Assembly: GCA_019057385.1 (NCBI GenBank)
Contig: JAHQJS010000006.1
Span: 160,001-224,000 of the forward strand
Length of the DNA stretch: 64,000 bases
Source of the DNA: Candidatus Borrarchaeum weybense
GTDB taxonomy: Archaea > Asgardarchaeota > Sifarchaeia > Borrarchaeales > Borrarchaeaceae
Reading direction: 5' to 3'
Shown: positions 7,537-17,097 of the stretch, in pieces
Numbering within the stretch: the first letter of the stretch is position 1
Layout of the letters: each line of letters begins with the position of its first letter
Program-made: the position numbers and the translations under genes
The notes under the pieces: model-generated
The model's input: only the letters and a program-made list of their open reading frames with translations
Databases searched by the model: none
What the model was told of the DNA's origin: nothing

Positions 7537-10443
7537 GTGGTATTTGTGAAAAAAAAGAGCCTGTTAGTCCTGCTAGTCCTGCTATTAAGTTTTTATATCA
7601 CTTTATTAAAAATTGACACAGTTGTTGCTCTACCAAATTCACAACCGTATTATTATGAAGAAAACGTGACTGTGCGAGTAGATGCAAAGAATGACAGCTT
7701 AAACGAAATTAGGTTTCAAGGAACTCATTTAAACATAACATCCAATGGTGAAATAATCGACATCTCGGACAAATCAGCTTTTGAGAACGCCACTTATGCA
7801 CTTTTAAGTAGCCAACGTGGAGATTATGACTTTAATAGATACGGAAATACATTTCTTCATCAAACAGGTGATGGCTTAATTTTCACTATTGCTTATGCAG
7901 ATCTTAGTCAGAGTGATGCAGAATTAAAAGCAGAAACTGCGAAAGGGATCTTTGAAAATGCTTTCGATGTCACACTATATAATGGTACTAATACAATTGA
8001 TAACGAATATCACATTTTTACATTCGTGAATGATCAATCACATTTTAGCAATATAACTGATAAATTCTGGGATGATGCTAAAGATACTAATGATGTAACT
8101 ACTGGTTTTGCTGGTTTACTCGATGATGATTTAATAATCGATATTAAAGCAAAAGATTATGCGAAAGTCGTTATGGGATTTATAAATAATACTAGAGATA
8201 TTAATAGCACAAGAACAAAATTGCGTGAAGTATTTTTCTCTGTCGAATACTTAGAAGAAGGAATTATGGAACTTTCATCAGGAAATCATAATTTCAGTTT
8301 GAATGACATTTTTCATCATACCGGCGATATTTCGAGGTATGAGCCCTCTAATAGCTCAAGAATTAATGTGTATTTACCAACTCCTTTAGAGCCAAATGTG
8401 ACTGATCCTAATCCTGAATCATATCAATCTCTTCTTAATGTAAATAATGGAACAATAGAGTTTGAATATAATTCAACAATTCCCTCTCTAACTAATTTTA
8501 ACGCAAGTTTTCTTTTTGAAAAATGGCCTTTGCTTCTTGTAGAAAAGACCATATCTATTGAAGATTCCTACTCTAGAGGTGAAGAATTTAAAGTAAAAGT
8601 ATCAGTAACCAACATTGGGGAAGGAAAAGCTAGCGATGTAGTAATTGACGACAATGGAAATTGGGACGCATACCTAGATCTCGTTAGCGGAGAAGATCCA
8701 AGTAGGCAATGGCTATCCATTTTACCAGATGAAACTGTAGATTTCTCATATTGGCTGTATGTGAATGGTTCAGCGCCATCAGAAGTTCTTTTCTTAAATC
8801 CTTCCATTGTGAACTACACTTTCTCATCAAATTTCACAGCAACTATTGTTAGTTTGAATGCTACTTCCAATGATGTGTTGATTCCAATAGAAGACAAGGA
8901 TTTTCCATCTTTAATTGTCACTAGAACGATCTTAAGAGCTGCTTATTCTAGTGGGGAAGAAATTAATGTGACTGTAACTATTGAAAACTTAAGTGATTTG
9001 AGTCCTGATGGTAGCATATCAGTTGTTGAAGGTATCCCGGGGCTTTTTGATAGTTCTTCGATTTCCAATAATACATCTATATTGGAATCTCAGTATGAAT
9101 CAGGAGTATATTGGGTGAACTTTACCTTAGATGCTCCTTCTGATCATGAATCAGTCAATTTTAATTACACTTTCTATTCTTTAAATCCAGGTAAATTATA
9201 TTTTGAACAGGGTAACGCTTCATATTACTACAAAGATGACCCTACTACTATTCAATCTAATATCTTATCATTTATGAGTTATCCGCAAGTCATCCAAGAT
9301 CGTTTTTACCATACCATCAATGTTGAAGCAGATTTCAATTCAATTGTTAACCCAGACACTACTATGACTGTCAATGTAACCATTACCAATTTTAGTAATT
9401 CCTCTAAAAAGTACAGGATTATAAACCGTGCACCATATCGAGTAGTACAAAATCAAATTGAAGCACTTAAACAGATATCTGAAGAAGATAACAATTTTAC
9501 TAAAGAACTTTATCCAGGTGAAAGCTATACTTATAACTATAGCTATTATATTCCTGATCTAGAAGGTTATAATTACAAATATGCTCCTATACTGGTGATC
9601 TCCAATACTTCTACGTCTCTTGATCCAGTAATTGCTTTTTCCGAAGTAGAAAATATCCATATCAATAGAAGACCCAATATCGATTCAGTTTCTTTAAATG
9701 CGACAAAACTAGACCGTGTGCAAGACACCGTTCTTGTAGAAGCTAGTTGTTCAGACGGGGAAACGCCACGAGCTGAATTAAGTGTTTTAATGAGGATTAA
9801 TGACTCAGATGATCGACTCTATAATATAACTATGACATTTGATGAAACGACAAACTTGTTCGTTGGCAATTTTACTCCAGGTGCTGGCGCTGATACCGGA
9901 ATTCACACTTTTCGAATTTATGTCACCGACGAACATGATCTAACAGGTCGCTCATCTTATTATAACTTCACAGTAAAAAACACAAAACCAAAGGTAGAAT
10001 GGATGGAGTTGTATGAAACAAACGTGACAGTAGGTGATACAATAAAGGGATCGCTAGGCGTTAGAGAAGTAGAAACTCCCTTATTTAATCTAAATATCTC
10101 CCTCTACTGTAGTTCTCCAAATGTCAGTATTGTTTACTATGGAACGTTGAGCTTGTTTGAATCGCAGCTTGTTGAAAATGACTTCCGTGTAGGAACATTT
10201 GATATAGAAATAGACACGTCTAATTGGCAAGAAGGTACCTATGATGTATACGTAAATATCGAAGATGACAAGACGTCTATAACTTACTATTATGGAGAAA
10301 TAACCGTTCAAAGAGATGATTCGCCATTTTATGCAAATCCTGACCTAATTTTTGGAATAGCATATAACATCGGAGTCATTTTGTTCTTGATTTTCCAATT
10401 TCGAGGTTTTGCTCTTCTCTTAAAGAGAGAAATTCCTTTTTAG
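7537..10443 (+). CDS. Large membrane-anchored cell-surface glycoprotein with repeated Ig-like domains
   Basis: N-terminal signal peptide, repeated V.V.V.I.N beta-sandwich motifs, many N-x-S/T sequons, C-terminal TM helix. Confidence 0.8.
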   Translation: MVFVKKKSLLVLLVLLLSFYITLLKIDTVVALPNSQPYYYEENVTVRVDAKNDSLNEIRFQGTHLNITSNGEIIDISDKSAFENATYALLSSQRGDYDFNRYGNTFLHQTGDGLIFTIAYADLSQSDAELKAETAKGIFENAFDVTLYNGTNTIDNEYHIFTFVNDQSHFSNITDKFWDDAKDTNDVTTGFAGLLDDDLIIDIKAKDYAKVVMGFINNTRDINSTRTKLREVFFSVEYLEEGIMELSSGNHNFSLNDIFHHTGDISRYEPSNSSRINVYLPTPLEPNVTDPNPESYQSLLNVNNGTIEFEYNSTIPSLTNFNASFLFEKWPLLLVEKTISIEDSYSRGEEFKVKVSVTNIGEGKASDVVIDDNGNWDAYLDLVSGEDPSRQWLSILPDETVDFSYWLYVNGSAPSEVLFLNPSIVNYTFSSNFTATIVSLNATSNDVLIPIEDKDFPSLIVTRTILRAAYSSGEEINVTVTIENLSDLSPDGSISVVEGIPGLFDSSSISNNTSILESQYESGVYWVNFTLDAPSDHESVNFNYTFYSLNPGKLYFEQGNASYYYKDDPTTIQSNILSFMSYPQVIQDRFYHTINVEADFNSIVNPDTTMTVNVTITNFSNSSKKYRIINRAPYRVVQNQIEALKQISEEDNNFTKELYPGESYTYNYSYYIPDLEGYNYKYAPILVISNTSTSLDPVIAFSEVENIHINRRPNIDSVSLNATKLDRVQDTVLVEASCSDGETPRAELSVLMRINDSDDRLYNITMTFDETTNLFVGNFTPGAGADTGIHTFRIYVTDEHDLTGRSSYYNFTVKNTKPKVEWMELYETNVTVGDTIKGSLGVREVETPLFNLNISLYCSSPNVSIVYYGTLSLFESQLVENDFRVGTFDIEIDTSNWQEGTYDVYVNIEDDKTSITYYYGEITVQRDDSPFYANPDLIFGIAYNIGVILFLIFQFRGFALLLKREIPF

Positions 10444-10982
10444 GCAATTATCCCCAATTTTTTTCTTATTTCTTCATAAATTAGGGCGACTGTCTCCTTA
10501 GGGTCGCTACCAGTCGTATCTATTTCGAATACACGTTCCAAACCGTATGTTTCTATTGCATCTTGAGCGCAAATTTTACAAAGTTCAGCATCGATGTTTT
10601 CTAATATTTTTTTAACTTCAAAACCTTTTTTATTTAGCCTTTCATATAGTTCATCAGTAGTAGCATGTAATACTACAACAAGAAGTACATTTTCTAGAGA
10701 GACGATATCTGGCAGAATACTGTCAATGACCGTTAGTTTTCTTATTTTAAGTAGCATATTGTCTATAAACAGCTGTAATTTATCGATATCGGCAATTAAA
10801 GAGTTTCTTTTGATATCCAAACCCAAAAAATAACCATTTCTCACAATATTGCCACTATTTATGTAAATTCCGTTTAACTTTTTACTAAGAAGTTTAGAAA
10901 CGGTTGTTTTTCCAGTTCCTGGTGTTCCTATAATTAATATGACTCTGGGTTTTGAATTATTGTGGGTTTTTTGCAGTGGCAA
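10440..10982 (-). CDS. Adenylate kinase, AK6/Fap7-like
   Basis: P-loop GTPGTGKTT, L.ERL..KG...KI.EN..AE lid, IDTT. Confidence 0.85.
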   Translation of the reverse strand: MPLQKTHNNSKPRVILIIGTPGTGKTTVSKLLSKKLNGIYINSGNIVRNGYFLGLDIKRNSLIADIDKLQLFIDNMLLKIRKLTVIDSILPDIVSLENVLLVVVLHATTDELYERLNKKGFEVKKILENIDAELCKICAQDAIETYGLERVFEIDTTGSDPKETVALIYEEIRKKLGIIA

Positions 10983-11127
10983 TCGTCTCCATTCTATGAT
11001 AACTCAACAATTTCAATTGGCTAGATAAGAAAATCAAAGCATATATTTCTATAGTTGTTTGGACTAGCTATAAAATCAATTCCTTCATAAGACCCGATTA
11101 AGTAATAAACTATTAATTCTACCATTT

Positions 11128-12030
11128 ATGTATCAAAATTTTGAAGGCGACCTCAATTTGGATATTACAGTGCTTATTCCTACAATGAATGAACCAGCGG
11201 TTCAAGACGTGATCAAAGATGTATTTACAGCTTTAGAGGAGCATAACGTGAATGTTATAGTGATAGACAAGTCAAGCGATGATACTCCAATACGTGCAGA
11301 ACAAGCTGGTGCACGCGTTATATTTCAATTGGCACGAGGATACGGTGACGCCTATCTAACTGGTTTCAAATATGCAACTGGTGATATCATTGTCATGCTT
11401 GACGGCGATAGAACCTACGATCCTATGGATATTCCAAGTTTGTTAGAACCTATTTTGCGTGAACAAGCCGATTTTGTTTTGGGAAATCGATTTGCCAATT
11501 TAAAAGAAGGTGCAATGAGTTCTCGGAACAAACTCGGTAACAAAACCATAACTGCTTTTGTTAATCGTTTGTATGATCTTCAGATTTCGGATAGTCAAAG
11601 TGGTATGCGTGCATTTAAAAGAAACATGCTCGATGATGTTAATCTTGATTTAAAGGGTATGCCTTTCGCTACTGAGATGATAATTGAGGCTAGACGTGCT
11701 GGGGTTAGAATTGCTGAAATTCCAATAAGTTATTATCCAAGGGTAGGTTCTGCAAAACTGCGGGCATTTAGACATGGGGCATCAATTTTTGGTACCTTAC
11801 TACGGATGCTTCGAGATTATAATCCTCTGCTCTTATTTGGAAGCATTGGTTTTTTACTCATTATTTCAGGTATTCTTGTTGGATTGCTGCCAGTTTTTGG
11901 ATGGATAATTTCGAGTAGTGCAACAAATCTTACATTTACAATTTTTTCAGTACTTCTTATACTGAGCGGCTTGCAAGTATTACTTTTTGGGTTAATGGCA
12001 GATATACTTGTCAGAAAATTTCATCAATGA
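11128..12030 (+). CDS. GT2 polyprenol-phosphate glycosyltransferase with 2 C-terminal TM helices
   Basis: IPTMNE, DKSSDDT, GYG.A, DGD, D.QSGMRAF, IPI.Y.PR.G.AKL. Confidence 0.9.
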   Translation: MYQNFEGDLNLDITVLIPTMNEPAVQDVIKDVFTALEEHNVNVIVIDKSSDDTPIRAEQAGARVIFQLARGYGDAYLTGFKYATGDIIVMLDGDRTYDPMDIPSLLEPILREQADFVLGNRFANLKEGAMSSRNKLGNKTITAFVNRLYDLQISDSQSGMRAFKRNMLDDVNLDLKGMPFATEMIIEARRAGVRIAEIPISYYPRVGSAKLRAFRHGASIFGTLLRMLRDYNPLLLFGSIGFLLIISGILVGLLPVFGWIISSSATNLTFTIFSVLLILSGLQVLLFGLMADILVRKFHQ

Positions 12031-12085
12031 AAACTCTCTAACTTTGCAAAACCGAAAGTTTCACTTTTTTAACTTAGAGGGAGTG

Positions 12086-12574
12086 TTAACGTACGTCTAG
12101 CCATATTTGAACCCAATTGCCCGTATACTCTATATCTCCAGTGTTTTCGTTGTATCGCCAAAGTTCAAAAATTAGCCTATAGTCATTTCCTCTTTCATTG
12201 ATAGATACATCTACTGGAAATTGCCAAGATTCTCCATCGCTTAGGATTTTCTGATAACTCTTCCTCGTCGAGAGGCTTGCTGGGTGGTCGTTGCTAATGT
12301 CTGTGGTTACATCGCCCAATTTAAATCTAACGACATAATATTCTGCTCTGTTCTCGTGATTCTCAACTAATACATACATGTCAATTGTCTCTCCGACATT
12401 GACTTCCTCTGGGTAATCGGTTGCGGTTTGATTCGGTCCAAGTATGCTAATAACACTGAAAGATTCACTTGGAGGACTTGTCACTGCAGTATAAAGTAAC
12501 ATAGACACTACAATCATTGTAGACACTGCGACTGCAATGAAAATTAGATTTTCTTCCATTCTTCTCTTTGGCAT
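12086..12574 (-). CDS. DUF1616-like membrane protein
   Basis: N-terminal TM helix, E.F....LG....A.DYP, V.NHE, L.FELW. Confidence 0.7.
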   Translation of the reverse strand: MPKRRMEENLIFIAVAVSTMIVVSMLLYTAVTSPPSESFSVISILGPNQTATDYPEEVNVGETIDMYVLVENHENRAEYYVVRFKLGDVTTDISNDHPASLSTRKSYQKILSDGESWQFPVDVSINERGNDYRLIFELWRYNENTGDIEYTGNWVQIWLDVR

Positions 12575-12575
12575 A

Positions 12576-13094
12576 TTACTCTTCCTCCTCCTCCTCTGGT
12601 ATTCCGATTTCCATTTCTAGAAATTCCTCATCTGCCTTTCTTTCAAGCCATTTCCAACCACGTTTTATAAAAATATAACTAAATATGACCACTAAGACAA
12701 TAACTACAGGTATGACAATTATTTGTAGACTTCTGGCAAAACTAGCTCTTGCGTGTAAGTCGTCAGCGTTCTGTTTAACAGTTTCAGCTATACTTTCAGC
12801 CTCTACTGCTTTTTCATATGCCGTTGAATAGTCTCCTTGCCCATATGAATCCCTAGCCTCTTCCAATAATGAAACCGCAGTATTAAGTTGATCTACTAGA
12901 TTTGTTACGTCTCCACCTGCCTGATCTGCTTGAGCAATGCTTTTGTATGCCATATAAATAGAATCTTGCGCTTCATTAATTGCTCTATTGGCTGAGGCTT
13001 GTGAGTTCTGAGCATATGCAGGCGATCCCGTATAGAAGACTATTAAACTTACTAAACTTACTATTATAATGAAAAGTGCTGTGTTCTTCTTCAA
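12576..13094 (-). CDS. Membrane-anchored helical-bundle hypothetical protein
   Basis: Signal peptide, Ala-rich helical ectodomain, TM helix, acidic tail. Confidence 0.75.
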   Translation of the reverse strand: MKKNTALFIIIVSLVSLIVFYTGSPAYAQNSQASANRAINEAQDSIYMAYKSIAQADQAGGDVTNLVDQLNTAVSLLEEARDSYGQGDYSTAYEKAVEAESIAETVKQNADDLHARASFARSLQIIVIPVVIVLVVIFSYIFIKRGWKWLERKADEEFLEMEIGIPEEEEEE

Positions 13095-13205
13095 TAGGTA
13101 TCCTTCCGTGAGAACTCCTTGCTAAATTCTCATCCCGTAAGAGATTGCAACTTGCATTATAAAGCTTACTTTATTTTTTCTCTAAATCAAAGGGGTTTCA
13201 GATTT

Positions 13206-14801
13206 TTATTTTCCTAACCACTGTAAACCTGATTTATATACTTCACGCCAGTATTCGATAGGCTGGATAATCTCCGGTATTCTTTCTACTATATCTGATG
13301 CTAATAGTTGATATCCTTTTTCTACACATGCTAAATCTCCGGCTGCACCATTTACAAAAGCACCTGAAACTGCTGCTCTAAAAGGTGGTGTTTTCCAAGA
13401 TAAAAACGCGCCAACGATACCTGTCAAAACGTCACCAGTTCCTCCTACTGCCATTCCTGGATTGCCAGTTCTATTTATTTTCACACGAATTCCATCAGAA
13501 ATTACGTCGGTATGGGCCTTCAACAATATGGTAACACCTAATTCTTTGGCAGTCTCTGCTATTTTGTCCATTCTTTCTTCGATGTTTTCAGGGGGCGGCA
13601 ATTCTTTTCCTGTTAGAATCTGATATTCTTTAGCATGAGGAGTAAGTACTGCTGGTAATCCCTTTAAAATCGCTGGCTCTTGACTCATAGCTTTTAGTCC
13701 ATCAGCATCTACAACCGTTGGCAAGTTGTTTGTTTTTACCATTTCTAATATCTTAAGGACAGTATCAAAACTCTCTTTTTCGAGTCCCAATCCCGGTCCG
13801 ATGATAAGGCCGGTCGCTTGGTTTAACATTTCTTCTATTATTGGTATACTTTCTTCCGATATCACATTCCCTGGTGTTTCGCGGACGATTATGTCAGGAC
13901 TAAAACTTCGAATATTGACAGCGACTTTTGCTGGGGTAATAACAAACACCAAATCTGCCCCAGTTCTAAGTGCACCCATTCCAGAAAGTGCTGGTGCACC
14001 AGTATAATCTATTCCCCCACCTATTATAACAAGTCTTCCATAATTTCCTTTATGTGAATGAGGTGACCTTTGTTTGATAATATTTGCAAGATCGCCCGGT
14101 CCTACAATATATTCGGCGTCCCAAGGTATTCCAATTTTTTTCACGATTACGTTACCAGTGTATTTCTCGTTTTTCTTCATTACAAGACCGGGTTTTGCTT
14201 TATGAAGTGTAACTGTAATATTTGCCTTTACAGTGGGCCTTTGTGTTTTCCCTGTATTTGGATCCAGTCCTGTTGGTACATCAATAGCGGTAATAAATGC
14301 TCTTTCTGAGGCTGAATTAATGAGTTTAATCGTAGACAAAATCGGTTCTCTTATTTTTCCTTTGATCCCAGTGCCTAGGATTCCATCAATTATTATATCT
14401 GCGGTCGTGATCTCTTTTTTGAGGTCTTGTAATTGAGAGGAATCTTTTAATGACATTAATTTGACAGAAAGAGGAAGTTTTTGCAGAACCTCCCAATTAG
14501 TTCGTGCAAGGTCAGATCTAATTTGTTCAGGTCGACCTAGAAGGAGTACCAAACCTTTACATCCGTAGTGAGAAAGATGTCTAATTGCAACTAGCCCATC
14601 TCCGCCGTTATTGCCTAATCCTGCGAACAAAACTATTTTTTTTCCTGCGATCGATCCCGGATAATTTTCAAGAATTGCATCTATTATGCTTCTACCAGCG
14701 TTTTCCATTAGTAAAAGCGCTGGAACACCAAGATATACAGTGTTCATATCTACAATTGCCATTTCTTCTGATGTTATGACGTCATCAGTCAATTCCATCA
14801 C
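13206..14801 (-). CDS. nnr: Bifunctional NAD(P)H-hydrate epimerase/dehydratase
   Basis: LMENAG, GNNGGDG, D.PTG, HKGNYG, GPGLG, DADG, TPH..E, GGTGDVL. Confidence 0.95.
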   Translation of the reverse strand: MMELTDDVITSEEMAIVDMNTVYLGVPALLLMENAGRSIIDAILENYPGSIAGKKIVLFAGLGNNGGDGLVAIRHLSHYGCKGLVLLLGRPEQIRSDLARTNWEVLQKLPLSVKLMSLKDSSQLQDLKKEITTADIIIDGILGTGIKGKIREPILSTIKLINSASERAFITAIDVPTGLDPNTGKTQRPTVKANITVTLHKAKPGLVMKKNEKYTGNVIVKKIGIPWDAEYIVGPGDLANIIKQRSPHSHKGNYGRLVIIGGGIDYTGAPALSGMGALRTGADLVFVITPAKVAVNIRSFSPDIIVRETPGNVISEESIPIIEEMLNQATGLIIGPGLGLEKESFDTVLKILEMVKTNNLPTVVDADGLKAMSQEPAILKGLPAVLTPHAKEYQILTGKELPPPENIEERMDKIAETAKELGVTILLKAHTDVISDGIRVKINRTGNPGMAVGGTGDVLTGIVGAFLSWKTPPFRAAVSGAFVNGAAGDLACVEKGYQLLASDIVERIPEIIQPIEYWREVYKSGLQWLGK

Positions 14802-14957
14802 CCTATGAAAAAACTAGTTAGGAAAGGAACTTCAAAACACCTTAAGGGAACTTTGTCCCTATAAACATTTCAAGAAACTCTGTATTAAAGTCTGGCAAAA
14901 AACTGACACTACTATGGGTTGTTTGTTGATAGCATTTTCTGTTATGAAATTTTAAAA

Positions 14958-16307
14958 TCAAACGTGGTGTGCTTTTTGAAGGCTGACAGATGAACATGAA
15001 ATGCAGGGATCAAAAGATCTCACTATAAATTTCGCAGTCTCTTGTACGGTCTCAAGAGATTTATTTTTAGTGAATTCTTTTTGACAAATTCTGTTTAGAA
15101 TTTCGTGAATTGAAAAGGTGTTTAACTCTGTTGGGACATGGATTTTTACATCATTGGCGGTCATGTTTTCATTCACTTTATAGTAGTGAATTAAGGTTCC
15201 TCTAGGTGCTTCCACGGCGCTAAATATGTTATCGTATTTTAACTTCGTAGATGTAACAAAAACAGGTTGTTCTTTAGTTATTTCTGTATTATCGAGGATC
15301 AAAAGCCCTTTATATAAGCATACAAGGATTTCAATCAACCTTAAGACATTCATCATTAAAATGTTTTCATCCCATTTCTGAAAATCCTTAAGGATTTCAT
15401 GAACTTCATAAACCCCATATTCGTTTGTTATGTGATACCTCGCTAGAGGTCCTACCAAAAGACCTCTTCCTCTTTCTTGCGTACTTGATGAAGTGAGGCT
15501 TGAAGTTTTTATTCTATTATCAATGATGAACTTGTCATAATCGTTTACATCAAAAGTTGCCAAAGTTTCTCTGTCTTCATTCGCAATTTTTAAGCGCCCA
15601 TCATAGATACTATATGTTCCATCTCTCTGAAGTCCCATATACAACGGATTTTTCAATTCAAACATTTTTACTGTATCATCAATTTTTTCGATTATTTCCT
15701 GTGCAAAATTAAGGAAAAATTTAGCAATAGCAATACCGCTTTTTAAACTCCTTTTTAAAAGGTTTATTTCTTTTTCTGTTAAATTTTTTGACATTCCGCC
15801 GATAATTATAGAAACAGGTTGAACAGCGCGTCCACCTACAATTTCCGTCACATTTTTCCCGATACTTATGAGCTTTGCAGCCTTTACGAAAAGTTCCGAT
15901 CGATTAAGTATTACATCATTTTCTTGACTTGCGGACGCTAGACTTAATAAATCCGGCAGTGCCATGTACACAAAATGTATCATATGATTAGTAATTGTTT
16001 CTCCTATTAAGACTAATTGTCTTGATAAGGCTGAGGCATACGTGGGTTCTATATCCAAGGCTTTTTCAAAAGCTTTACAAGATGCAACTATGTGTGCCGC
16101 AGAACAGAATCCACAAATCTTCGAAACTAATCTAGGAATCTCTGAGATTTTTTTTCCGATAAGGATTTTCTCAATTCCTCTGTAATCTAGCGTTGAGAAA
16201 TTTACTCTTGAAACTTCATCTTTGTCTTTGTTTACAAAGATCTCTATCTGTCCGTGACCTTCAATTCTGGTTAATGGTTTTATTGTCATTTTTTTCGTTT
16301 TGTTCAC
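14958..16307 (-). CDS. mvhA: Group 3c-like [NiFe]-hydrogenase large subunit (MvhA-like), divergent
   Basis: RIEGHG, ICGFC..AH, GPLAR, EAPRGTLIH, DPCISC. Alternative ATG start at 16289. Confidence 0.85.
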   Translation of the reverse strand: MNKTKKMTIKPLTRIEGHGQIEIFVNKDKDEVSRVNFSTLDYRGIEKILIGKKISEIPRLVSKICGFCSAAHIVASCKAFEKALDIEPTYASALSRQLVLIGETITNHMIHFVYMALPDLLSLASASQENDVILNRSELFVKAAKLISIGKNVTEIVGGRAVQPVSIIIGGMSKNLTEKEINLLKRSLKSGIAIAKFFLNFAQEIIEKIDDTVKMFELKNPLYMGLQRDGTYSIYDGRLKIANEDRETLATFDVNDYDKFIIDNRIKTSSLTSSSTQERGRGLLVGPLARYHITNEYGVYEVHEILKDFQKWDENILMMNVLRLIEILVCLYKGLLILDNTEITKEQPVFVTSTKLKYDNIFSAVEAPRGTLIHYYKVNENMTANDVKIHVPTELNTFSIHEILNRICQKEFTKNKSLETVQETAKFIVRSFDPCISCSSVSLQKAHHV

Positions 16308-17058
16308 CCCTCTTCACAAAGCTTTTTGGACGTGTGAATTTTGAATAAATACCACTAGTTATAATGTCCTCAGAAACTTCAATAGATGAAAAGAAATTGA
16401 CAATATTGGACATAAAATCTGGCACTATAGGCCCCATACACCCTTCGCATGGGATATTTGCCTTTATACACTTTGCTTTGCACCCTGCTCTCGTTATGGG
16501 GCCAAGACAAAGTACATTTTCATGTAAAAAACACTCAAAAGGCATTTTTTCTGGTATTAGTTTATCTACTTTTATTTTGCTTTTAAAACCATTATCGGGC
16601 CTTAATTCGCATTCTGAACATAGATTCTTTAGAGATAATTTAACTCTTTCACCATTCAAAAGTGCCATTAGAGTGTTTCCAAGGAAATCTGTAGGAACAG
16701 GACATCCCGGAATGAATCCATCTATCTCTATTATATCGTTAATTGGTATTGGATCTATTTCATCTGAAAGTGAAGTAATTCCACCTGAGATTGCGCAAGT
16801 ACCAAGGGCAATGACCTTCTTAGCCTTCCTTCTGATTTCTAAAAGTTCCTCTTTCTGTTCCTCTTGAGAAACGCTTCCTTCTATTAAAGCTATGTCACAA
16901 TTGTCGATATTGTCGTTATCTTCAATTAGTGGGAAAATAAAATCAACGGACTCTAAAAGTTCTGGAAAGATATCTAATTCTATAATAGAGGTAAGACACC
17001 CGTTACAGGATGTTAATGAAGTTACTAAGATTTTAGGTTTCACTAAGTTTCTCTCCAT
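16261..17058 (-). CDS. mvhG: [NiFe]-hydrogenase small subunit (MvhG-like)
   Basis: SCNGC, EGSV, GTCA..GG, PGCP, C..C, CLGPITRAGC...C.....PCEGC.GP. Confidence 0.9.
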   Translation of the reverse strand: MERNLVKPKILVTSLTSCNGCLTSIIELDIFPELLESVDFIFPLIEDNDNIDNCDIALIEGSVSQEEQKEELLEIRRKAKKVIALGTCAISGGITSLSDEIDPIPINDIIEIDGFIPGCPVPTDFLGNTLMALLNGERVKLSLKNLCSECELRPDNGFKSKIKVDKLIPEKMPFECFLHENVLCLGPITRAGCKAKCIKANIPCEGCMGPIVPDFMSNIVNFFSSIEVSEDIITSGIYSKFTRPKSFVKRGEQNEKNDNKTINQN

Positions 17059-17097
17059 TTTCGATCGTTCTTATGATTATCAAATTGTAAGTTCGCT

